Source: Marsupella aquatica (lineage: Eukaryota > Plantae > Marchantiophyta). Taken from it: 64,000 nucleotides of DNA. Both the position numbers and the translations under genes were made by a program. Where the stretch lies: contig OZ316894.1 of assembly GCA_973895155.1 (NCBI GenBank), positions 26,025,240 through 26,089,239 of the forward strand, in the 5' to 3' direction. This document shows, piece by piece, positions 41,356-51,393 of the stretch. Position 1 is the stretch's first letter, and every line of letters starts with the position of its first letter. The notes under the pieces were generated by a model. That model made no database searches. It had not been told where the DNA came from and saw only the letters and a list, made by a program, of their open reading frames with translations.

Positions 41356-42390
41356 TTAAAGTTCAAACTCCAGAAAAGCTACAGGAAATCCTCCCAAAAA
41401 GTTGTACTCTGCTTCTTTGAGGCCCAGAGTCAAGCATTTTTTGGCATCTTTCTGCCCTCCATCAATGTCCCCCAGTAAGAACTTCACATAGCCCCGGTGC
41501 TTCAAGCATTCATAGTCATCACCGCTAATTTCCAAGGCTGCTGTTAGGTCTTCCAATGCTCCATGGAGTCCGCCTGCCATTCGCTTCAGTATTCCCCGTT
41601 CTTGCAAGAAGAAAACCCTATCATCATAATAGCCACCCACCCTAGCGTCGAAATCGTCCCAAATTGCAAGGGCTCCCAGAAACTCCTTCTCCTTTACCTT
41701 CTCCATGAGTTTCTCATGTGAGAAGCTCAAAAGAATTTCCTCACATTCTTTCCTTCCCTTCAGTCTGAACTCCAAAAATGCTACGGGCAATCCTCCCAAA
41801 CAAAGAGGCCCATCCACCACAGGATCCATTGCCATGCATCTTTCTGCATCCTTTTGCGCTCCACTGTTATCCCCCATCAAGTATTTGACGTAACCCCGAT
41901 GCTTCAGCAGCTCATAATTGTCGTCGTCTGTTTCCAAGGCTCGTGTCAGGTCATCCAAAGCTCCATGGAGATCGCCTGCCATTCGCTTTAATATTCCGCT
42001 TTCTTGCAAGAAGTAAACTCGATTATAAAATCCTAACACACTGGCATCGAAATCACACCAGATTGCCAAGGCCCCCTGGTAGTCTGAAATTTCCACCTTG
42101 CCCATCACTTGAGAAAGTACTGAGACAACTTGGCCATCCTGCTCGTCCACTTCGCTTGCTCCTGCCAACCTGAAATCAATATATGTTACTGTTTTGCTCC
42201 TCAAACTTGAGGGAAGCCAACTTGGGGCGAAACGGTTTCTGCAAAGGAGTTTCAACGCATTTGCACCATCATCTTTTGCACGACCGAGATCTCCTAACAA
42301 GAAGTTCACATAACCTCGGTACCTCCAACAATCGTAGAGACTGCCGTAGTCGCGAGATTCTGCATCATCAGATATTACTTCGCCTGACAT
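41356..42390 (-). CDS. Intronless TPR-like protein built from repeated ~130-aa modules
   Basis: The module (GALAIW.DFDA.V.G.Y..R..FLQE.GILKRMAG.LHGAL.DLT.ALE...D.YE.LKHRGYVK.L.GD..GA..DA...LGG.PVAFLEF) repeats twice fully and once partially. The first in-frame ATG is at 42390; the ORF track used a GTG at 42462. Confidence 0.7.
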   Translation of the reverse strand: MSGEVISDDAESRDYGSLYDCWRYRGYVNFLLGDLGRAKDDGANALKLLCRNRFAPSWLPSSLRSKTVTYIDFRLAGASEVDEQDGQVVSVLSQVMGKVEISDYQGALAIWCDFDASVLGFYNRVYFLQESGILKRMAGDLHGALDDLTRALETDDDNYELLKHRGYVKYLMGDNSGAQKDAERCMAMDPVVDGPLCLGGLPVAFLEFRLKGRKECEEILLSFSHEKLMEKVKEKEFLGALAIWDDFDARVGGYYDDRVFFLQERGILKRMAGGLHGALEDLTAALEISGDDYECLKHRGYVKFLLGDIDGGQKDAKKCLTLGLKEAEYNFLGGFPVAFLEFEL

Positions 42391-43452
42391 CTCAGTATGC
42401 CCCTCTCTTGCGACAAGAATCTCTGGGAACTGGGTTCCACCACTTCGAGGTTTGCGGGACACATATCTGCCACAACTCCCTCATAGTCATATTCCGACAC
42501 CTTCTCCCAGTGAGAGATTCTTCAGCAATTTTGGCCTTATCTCTTAGCTACGAGTTCAGTTCTATTTAGTGAATACTTGAGATAACCATCAGGACGGTGA
42601 GCAATAGGAACCGGTGCTGGATATTGTGAAGTAAGACGTTTTTCAACTTAATCTGGTCTTAACACTTTTGTAGAGAGTCCTATGATTTGAACTTATTAGC
42701 TTAAGATCCGTCATTCGAACGTTTGCATATGGAGTATTCAATATCCTCTTCAGTTTGTGGCGATCGATATTTGGTTTGCATTATATCCGACGACTCTGTG
42801 CTGAAAGTGGAAGCTCCGTTGAGTCGGTTCTTAGGTTTTGTGACTATCGAATTCTCTTCGAATGCTTTATTCCTGTTTCGACTTTTTGTCGATCCGGATT
42901 TCATGATTTACGAAGAAGAGGCACCAGGGAAAATGAAGAGGAATCCCTCCAGCGAGCGCGCCGTGACGGTGGATCAGCAATGCACATATTCTGTGGGCTC
43001 GATCATTCTTAAAGTCTTTTCACATCTTCCATCAATTATTGGCTAAGCAAAGTGACGTCAAGTAGTGCACATCTTGCATCAATTACTGACCACACGAAGT
43101 GACATCAAGTTGTCCTAGCTCAAATCTGCAATTTGGATGTGGGGGTTGAGTACTCGTGGAAGGGTAGTCGGACAAGTAGAACAGACCGAGGCCTTACTAC
43201 AGAGACTGTTCAGTCTCGTGTGACCCCACCCTCTGGTCGATGATCAAGGGGTTGGTCACACAAACGCAACTAAAGGCTAGGTTCCATGGTTGGCGGCCCA
43301 GGAGTTCAAAATTATCGAAAGATGTTGGAGCCAATGCCGGGGCAATCGATCATGTCTTACAGGGGCTGGGGTCTACGTTAATACGAAGTTTTATGGGGTC
43401 GGAAACATTCAGACCTGTAACCTCTAAAGATATCATGAGAATTGTCATGTGA

Positions 43453-44538
43453 TCATGTCCAGTATTCGCCCTGATACCAGTCACCCAGGAGCTGCTTCAA
43501 GCGGTAGCGGCTTCCACCAAGGTGCCAGCTGATGTATCCCTGGTAAAACTGCTGAATTTTTTTCTTCCACTCTAGAGAGCCACTCTCTTCAACGATGGCC
43601 AGGACGCGAATCCGTTGCTCCACCAAGTAGTCTGTTACATCCCTCAGTGCGTCCAGAGGGCTCAGCTTTTTCACCTTGGCATTGATGAGAATAGCGATGG
43701 CGGTCTCCCCGTCCTGCACCTCCTTGTAGAACGACAGCACGTCGTTGATGAGGTTGAAGGCTTCGACCAGCTCCGGCACCAGCGGGTAGAGGTTGTTGTA
43801 GTAGAAACGATCGTCCATCTTCGGGGAGTTACTGCTACCGCTGGTGTCCATGATGACGAAGCTCGCGTAGCCTTCCGACAGCCCCGACTTATAGCGGAGG
43901 AAGTTGCAGAAGAGGCGCATCTCTGGCATGTAGTTCATGGGGTGCTCGTGGTAGTGTACCTCCAACAGGTGGCCCTGCAGATAGTCTAAGCTGGATTTCA
44001 CCAGTATGCTCAGCGTGCGGGGATGTGCCGGGAAGAAGGGATTCTGCTCGGTCCTCAGGTAATGCATCAAGTTCTCCAGCACCGTGTGCAGATCTCCTCG
44101 ACCGGGGTAGGCTGCGGCATACCCTTGCGGGTCACACATCTTCATCTGAAACAACGTAAGGTCTTTCAGGAACACATCCTTAGCTTCGCCGGTGAGGCTC
44201 TGCGACAAGTCGTCGATTGCCATGGCCAGAGCCGTGAAGTGCCCGATGCTCACCTGCGCGTCCATGGGGTGGTGCTTGCAGACGAGAGCCGGAAAGCCGG
44301 AGCTCATTCTGATAACTGCAGGATCTATGTAGGACCCGCAGAGGGCGGTGACCGCAGCATCGACATGGAGGCAGGTATCGGGGCTGCAGGCGTTTGCAGA
44401 ATTGTCGAAGCACATTCTGCCCAGGAAGTCGAGGTAGATGGAGCGTATTGCAGCAGTGAAGGGCTCTGCATCCGGCTGGCTAATACACCCAGAGAAAGGG
44501 TTGTGAGTTTCACATTGAGGAGGAGCCATGGCACTCAT
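43453..44538 (-). CDS. MTPSL: Microbial terpene synthase-like protein (MTPSL), trichodiene synthase/Tri5-type class I cyclase
   Basis: Single exon of ~361 aa. Asp-rich AIDDLSQ, FLRYKSGLSEGY, NSE/DTE triad NDVLSFYKE and C-terminal RYRL. Single alpha-domain size, with no plant TPS N-terminal domain. ATG at 44538 (or 44529). Confidence 0.9.
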   Translation of the reverse strand: MSAMAPPQCETHNPFSGCISQPDAEPFTAAIRSIYLDFLGRMCFDNSANACSPDTCLHVDAAVTALCGSYIDPAVIRMSSGFPALVCKHHPMDAQVSIGHFTALAMAIDDLSQSLTGEAKDVFLKDLTLFQMKMCDPQGYAAAYPGRGDLHTVLENLMHYLRTEQNPFFPAHPRTLSILVKSSLDYLQGHLLEVHYHEHPMNYMPEMRLFCNFLRYKSGLSEGYASFVIMDTSGSSNSPKMDDRFYYNNLYPLVPELVEAFNLINDVLSFYKEVQDGETAIAILINAKVKKLSPLDALRDVTDYLVEQRIRVLAIVEESGSLEWKKKIQQFYQGYISWHLGGSRYRLKQLLGDWYQGEYWT

Positions 44539-44702
44539 TACTGCTGTAGTCTTGTTGCAAGCTGAAAAAAACAACGAGCAGGCTGGAGATCAAACACAAT
44601 GGAGAACTGGTAGCATGAATGAATGGTGGCAGCAAGCGAGGGCTTTTAAATTGAGGGACCTAACGAGAGCAAAAGCTGGGAAACTTTTTACACTTCACTT
44701 AA

Positions 44703-46620
44703 TTTTTCTTTTTCTTTTTTTTTTTTTGGGGGGGGGGAAATGGGGCCATAGACCCCAGAAACTTTATTCGGCGAAAAACAAGAACAAGATAAGACAAAAA
44801 AAAAACCTGCCTGAGGAGAGGGAACTGGTGAAAAACCAACTAACCAAAAAAATTGGGGGCAATAGAGGAGGAGCACACCCAGAGAAAGGAAGGATGGGCC
44901 ATCCAATCCAACAGCCTAATGCAAGGAGGCAGAAAAGATAGGAACCAGAAGACCCCTGAAAGTGGAGAACCTAGAGACCACTATCAGCCGGAAAGGGAGA
45001 ACTGCACAAGTGAGAAGAGCCAATTAGCATAAACAAGGAATGAAACTCATCGTGGAGACTACCAGGGTGCCTGCCACTCTCCATTCTCCACTTAGCCGCC
45101 TGTGATCACCTTCGGCCCACTATTATTTGCCTGACCGAATATTCATTGACGTCCTTCGGATTCCAAACTTTTTCAACAACAAAGTTGACCTTCAATATCT
45201 CCCCTAGTGGAATATGCTCTTCGTGGGCTTGTTAGATCTTTCCAACAAGTCTAGTAGCTCTAATTTTCAGGAAGAACTGAGAGAGTTATGAATTTCCAAA
45301 GATCATTCCGTTACTAGGTGTACACACTTTAATATGTTCTTTGTTTGCTTGTAAGAAGTGGTTTGGAAATATCATTCTAACAAGTCTAATAGCCCTAGTA
45401 TTCATGAAGAATTGAGAGAGCTATGAATTTCCAAAGATCATTGTGTCGCTAGATTAGGTGTATACACCTTATGCTTCCCAAAGTCTTTTAACAGGTAACC
45501 TCAGTTGACTTTGAGTATCTCCCTTTATATCTAATAGCGTCTTATACTCCTTATGCTTCCGAAAGTCTTTTAACAGGTAACCTTGACTTTGAGTGTCTCC
45601 CTCTATATCTAATAGCATCTTATACTCTTGGGTTCTCCGCACTTTGTGTCAAGAAAGTTTTAACTTTGACATTTGGTATCTCGCGTTTTACCCAATGGAA
45701 CCTCATATTCTTGGGTTGCCCACACTTTATGTTTCTGAAAGTTTGACTTTGATTTTTTTAATCTCCCTCATAAAATACTGCAATGAACTAAAAGTTGCTT
45801 GACTGGGAGACATTTTCCTAAAGGCAAGAAACTCAATAAGGGGAAGATTGAAGGGCCAACAAGCCCAGCAGTCCCAAATTAAACACTGCCAAAGAACAAG
45901 GCCTAGAGCCCTACTGAGCAACAAAGTGAAAAGAGCTGAGGAGTCAATTGCATAGGATGGTCATAAAGAGGAATCTGACTATAAGCTCTACAACCAACTG
46001 CCTCAACGTGATGAAGGATAGTGAATGCCTGAGCCTGCTATAGAGCAATCAACACCCACTCCCAAAAGAAGCCAGTGAGGACCCAAAACAGATGGGTTAC
46101 GACTACACGCAACACCCCAAAATCTCTAGACCAAAACCTCCATAGCAAGCAGGTGGAAAATTATGATCCCCGGGGTAATGAGCAGCATAGGCCTCCTCCT
46201 TGAGCCGAGCTGCCTTGGCGGCAACATGGCCCAGTACAGGGGCACTTGTACTAACGTTGTCCTAGTTGGATCAGCAATTGCCACATCCTTATGGGCCCGA
46301 ACACGTGCCCTGGCTACTAAAGACCAGATCAACTCCTCGCCGAATGAAAACACCATCCCAATCCAAAGAAATGCTGAGAGCTTATGGCAAACCTGAACTT
46401 ACAAATCATGATGACTAGTACTATTTTTGAGTTCTTTGAATAAGGGATTATTCATGTGGTACACCCAGTATCCCAATAGAACAGTTTTAAAAAATTGAGG
46501 GTGTTGGCAAAAGCACTTATGGATCACTTTAGGAAAACTAAAGAGTAATTGAGGTATAAAACTTCCCATATTGCGCCACAGGATGATTGGCCAAAGCGAG
46601 GAAAAACTTGTAAAGGGTTT
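44703..46620 (-). mobile_element. Probable degenerate LINE 3' fragment with poly(A) tail
   Basis: The minus strand shows a pyrimidine-rich tract, AATAAAGTTTCT (44768-44757) and then an A-rich tail ending at ~44703. The same AATAAAGTTTCT plus A-rich tail occurs at 58692-58750. No intact RT motif was seen, and the far boundary is approximate. Confidence 0.4.
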
Positions 46621-46889
46621 ATCCAAAGTTAGAAAGTAGCAATGAGAAGATTAATGACAAAGCGATCTGACACTTTGCAGGTTAATTGGATGCACAAAGC
46701 AAGACATGAGCTTCATCTAGTGTCAATACTTGAAGGGAATCCTGCCACATATGCAAATCAATGTGAAAGGAAAGCTTATACAATGAGAAGGAATCAAATA
46801 AGCAATAAAACCATGATAGAGACAATGACTATTGATGCTAGGAAGAGAAATAACCATCAGTGGTGTCTCTGTCATGGTTTTATTGCTTA

Positions 46890-47860
46890 CTAGCTCAATA
46901 CCCGTACCTTGCACAAAAGATGTCGTGTTGGCCAAGATTTCATTGAGAAAAAAGAGGTCATGTTGGCCAAGAGTTCATTGAGAAAAAAGATGTTGTGTTC
47001 ACCAAGATGTCGTGTCAGCCAAGAGGTTGTTGAGAAAATAGATGTCGTGTCGGCCAAGAGGTCGTTGCACAAAAGATGTCGTGTCAGCCAATATGTCGTT
47101 GAGAAAAAAGATATTGTGTGGGCCAAGATGTCATTGAGAAAAATGATGTCGTGTCGGCCAATATGTTGTTGAGGAAAAAGATGTCATGTTGGTCAAGATG
47201 TCGTTGAGGAAAAAGATGTCGATGAGAAAAAAGATAAGGTTGAGTGCGAATACTGAGGTGCAAGGGGAAGACCAACATGCCAAAGGGGGGACCGAGCATC
47301 AAGGATGCCTCACCCTTCCTTGTCATCCATGTGTGTGGAGGATGAATTTAAATTCCTTTAATTAGATTACCATATTCTCCCTATCGTCTAACCTATTGTG
47401 TTTAATTAACCTACTTCAATTAAATTACTATCATTATTACATTATGCAATATTGTAGTACCTACAATACTTGCTCTTCTTTTGCGTCCAATTTGATTCTC
47501 CTCTTGTTTGGAAAGCGTTTGATTTCCTTTTGGTGCACACTAAATTTAATAGCCTTTATTCCTTCTCTTTAAGAGGATTAACTTTGGCGGGGAGGCATAT
47601 GGAAGTACAAGTACGCCATTAACGGGCAGAGGGCAGCCCTAAACATGCGCTAATGGGCATGAGCTGTCAAAGTGTCAATTGATCCAATCAAATGGATTAT
47701 TTAGTTCAACAGCACCCAGCTGCTGAGATCCAATGGCCGTTGCTATTCTTTTGTGTCCCATTTGATTCCTTTCTTGTAAATTGGAAAGCGTTTGATTCCC
47801 TTTTTGGTGCACACTAAATGTAATAGCCTTTATTCCTTCTCTTTAATAGGATTAACTTTG
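46890..47860 (-). mobile_element. Non-autonomous Helitron-like element (same family as 2880-3801)
   Basis: A|CTAGCTCAATACCCGTACCTTGCACAAAAG at 46889 is the reverse complement of the terminus at 3801. It is followed by the same AAGATGTCGTGTCGGCC array. The right boundary is uncertain. Confidence 0.6.
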
Positions 47861-47864
47861 GCGG

Positions 47865-48640
47865 CCCGGGTTAACCTGATGGGCAAGTTGACGGCTTGCC
47901 AGGCACGTCAAACCGTCAAATGACGGCCCAAAAACGACCAATTTGATGGATATTCAGTAATATTCTCCCAAACTCACCCGGACTCCCCCGGACCCTTCCC
48001 GGACCCTTCCCGGACTCCCCCGGACCCCAGTTCGGGGTGGCAGCCGGTCGGGGCTGAGTCTGGGGTCGGGGCCCGGGGAAAGGGGGGCAGGGAAAGGGGT
48101 TCGGGGAAAGGGGGCGGGGAAAGGGAGACGGGGAAAGGGGTCTGGGGGAAGGGGAATGGGGTTCGGGGAAAGGGGTCCGGGGGCCGGGGAAAGGGGGGCG
48201 GCATTCGGGGGCCGGGGGCCGAGGGTCGGGGAAAGGGGTTCGGGGGGCGGGGTTTGCGGAAAGGGGTTTGGGGAAAGGGGGGCCACGACCCGAACCCTAA
48301 TCCTCCGAGCCCCAGACCTGGATCCCGAGCCCCGGACCCGGACCCGGATCCCGAGCTTCCCCCGAACCCGGACTGCCTCCCCCAAACCCAGACCGCCGAA
48401 CCTCACCCCGGACTGCCGAACCCCCCACCCGGACCGCCTCCCCCTCGGATCGGCTCCCCCGAACCCGGTCCCCAAACCCGAACCCGAACCTCCCGGACCC
48501 CCGAACCCCTGGACCGCCCCCCAAACCCGGCCCGGACCCGGCCCGATCGTCTCCCGGCCCGGACTGTTCCCAAACCCGGGTGCCGGGTTGCCAATTTGCT
48601 GGTGATTTTCCATCAGTTTGACGGGCAAGGTCAAATCGGG
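47865..48640. mobile_element. 776-bp GC-rich non-autonomous insertion with 8-bp TSD and imperfect TIRs
   Basis: Flanked by TTTGGCGG (47857-47864) and TTTGGTGG (48641-48648). Ends are CCCGGGTTAACCT and AGGTCAAATCGGG. The empty site ACTTTGGCGGGGAGGCATATGG is present in the adjacent duplicate at ~47581. Confidence 0.75.
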
Positions 48641-51393
48641 TTTGGTGGGGAGGCATATGGAAGAACAAGTACGCCATTAACAGGCAGGGGGCAGCCCTAA
48701 ACATGCGCTAATGGGCATCAGCTGTCAATTGACCCAATCAAATGGATTAGGTCAATAACGCCCAGCTGCTTAGATCTACTGACCAGTCTTTTAGGACTCA
48801 ATGACTGTGATTATTAGGGTACCCATTGTGTGCTGACAAGATCCAGATCGTTAATTGATACGATCCAACAACAGTTGTTTATTGGTGGGAGTCCAGGTTA
48901 TGGTGGGTAACTTGACCACCCTACCCTTGTGGGATCCTGACCGTTGGTTTCAAATGGACTGCTCAGATCTGATGTTCTTCACATCCCACCAGGCTGCATG
49001 TACCTGACCAAAATGTGATTTAGGGCACTTGAGCAGCGAGAAGCTGCCATTTCTCACTGTGCACAGTCATTCAGTCTTGCCATCAGGCTGTCGGATATTG
49101 GTTATCGGGCAGGGGCAGCTGCCAATCGTGCTCTAATTTTTTGCTTCTTCCCTGTTATGCTGCCAGTTTCTCTTGTTGGATCACATCTTCAGTTTGAGGA
49201 TCCATCAGGCTGTGGGATTTCATTGATTGGGCAGGAGGGGTTGTCAATGGTGGCTCTACTTTTTATTTTAATTTCGTCACCTTTATGCTTGCAGTTACTT
49301 CCATTGGATTCCACAGTCAGCTAGTATTGGGGATCGAGCTGCTGTTTTGCACTCTCACCTGAGCTAGGGAGGAGAGGGTGTTTCATTCATGCACCCAAGA
49401 TCACTAGAAAAAGAAAAGTTTTCATTCATGCACCCAAGATCACTAGAGAAAGAATAGTTACAGCTAGGACACAAAGTCTGAAAAGCTGCACCACCTGCCA
49501 AACAATGTCATCACAAATCAGGAGTACTACTAGACAAACGTGAATTTCTCTAGTTACAAGGAATTTTAACCCTAACACAATCTTAGTCTAAACCCTACCA
49601 CATATGGTGTTTTTTTCTATTAAAACTTACCCCACTCTTAAATTAGGATTACCAACATTAATTAGGGACAAACACTAATTTTGAGATAAGACCATTTACA
49701 ATGAACAGTCTAGAATATAGACCTAGGATGGATGGAAAGGTTAATTTTTCCTCCCCATCCCCATGGGTTGTGTAAAGCCACCAACCAGTTTACATCCAAT
49801 TAGAATCCTAAACTCTTCACCATAATTAGAATTATGTAAGAATTGCCCATCCCCATGGATTGTGTAAAGCCATCAACCAGTTTACAGGGCCATTTGGAGG
49901 GGGGGCTAGTGGAATCGGATTAGGTTCACCATTTACATAGTAATTTGTTGTAGTAAGGGCCTGTGAGGCTTGCATCGACATGATAAGATTATCGGGAAGA
50001 TTAATACACTTCTAGAACTGTAGATTGTAGGAGACACTTTGCAGATCATAGACTAGATAGTATATAGTAGACATATATTATGGACATTTACACTCTTCAC
50101 AGAATCTCTATATTATGCACATTCTTTACCGTCTTCACAGAGTTCCCATCTACTGTAGACATTTGTGAGACTCTTCACACATAATCACCATCTAGATGTT
50201 ACAATAGTCAGACAGATTTATATTATTATTCATCATACAAGCTCATATGAGTAATTTATTTGTAAATGTTTTACACTTCAATAAACTTTCATTGCCACCG
50301 TGGAATTTATCCTTAGTTTTTCTGCAGTTTTGTCGCATGAAACTCAAATTTCTGGGCTCAACGGATAGATCAATGCAAGGGCTTTCTATTGGTGCCTAGA
50401 AAACACTGATCAGTATTCATTCATGGTGCAGAGGAATCAACATTTGCATTATTCTGGATTTTTTTAGAGAAAATTGGCAACTTTCGTGTTCAATGATTTT
50501 TTGGACCTATGACATGGATGAATTTGACCTAGTTGGAATCCATCAGAGTCATGACCTAGGTCAATTCATGTTGGATGACATGGATGAATTTTGAGTTTTG
50601 GGGAAAATGTCAGAAACAATGTTTGCCCTGTCCAGGGGTCCTCTAAATGTATACTAAAGTAGACTAACTGTTTAACACTGGGGGATACTGTTCGATCTCA
50701 ATCATTTGCTAGAATCGATAAACCATCACTATTATTTTGTAAACCTCCCCATTAATTTGTACCAAAATATAGTTCATTCCGTTTCCAATGTCTAATTGTA
50801 ATATTCAATAGGCACTTGCTAACCTGGCCATAAACTTCTCTAGAAAATATTAGTTCAATTTCTATTTCAATAAGTACCTGATATGGAGTATGATGAGCAT
50901 TACATTAAGGTCGTATTCTGTTTGAAAAAGCCCATCTCAACCATCACTACCGTTTGTCTCAGATTTCTTCAGTTCAATTACAGTGTCCAAGTGTGTTACT
51001 TAAAGAGGCATTTTATTTAGGTGACACTCTCCTTGAAAAAGCCTATGACACAGCCATTGTCGTGGAAAAACAATAACTCAGCAGCAAAAATAAATGAAAG
51101 AGAAGGCAAAATGAATGGATACATTTTTTCAATAATCAAACAATAGTGCCAGAAAGGGGTACAAAAGAGTCCATTGTCTTCCGATCGACAACTAGAAGGC
51201 AACCTAAAACCCTTCGTAACTTCTGCACTATGGTATAATGTGGTATAAAGGGAGTTACTTCTCAATTTCCGTTCATCGTACCTGTACAAACGGGTTATGC
51301 CAAACATCACTTAAAATTCACATTTTCTCCCTCCTAAAACAGACATTGGCCAATGACCCAGCGCCATCAGCTTTGGTAGCCTTGAGTAACATT

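Noticed and set aside
43615-44565. Plus-strand ORFs of 124 and 180 aa
   Set aside because: Antisense shadows of the GC3-rich MTPSL coding sequence.
30186-46620. Terpenoid biosynthetic gene cluster around the MTPSL
   Set aside because: No cytochrome P450, prenyltransferase, dehydrogenase or transporter is recognisable nearby.
47954-48704. Pro/Gly-rich ORFs on both strands (extensin- or collagen-like)
   Set aside because: Open in nearly all frames because the G/C-run insert lacks stop codons. They fall essentially within a TSD-bounded element.
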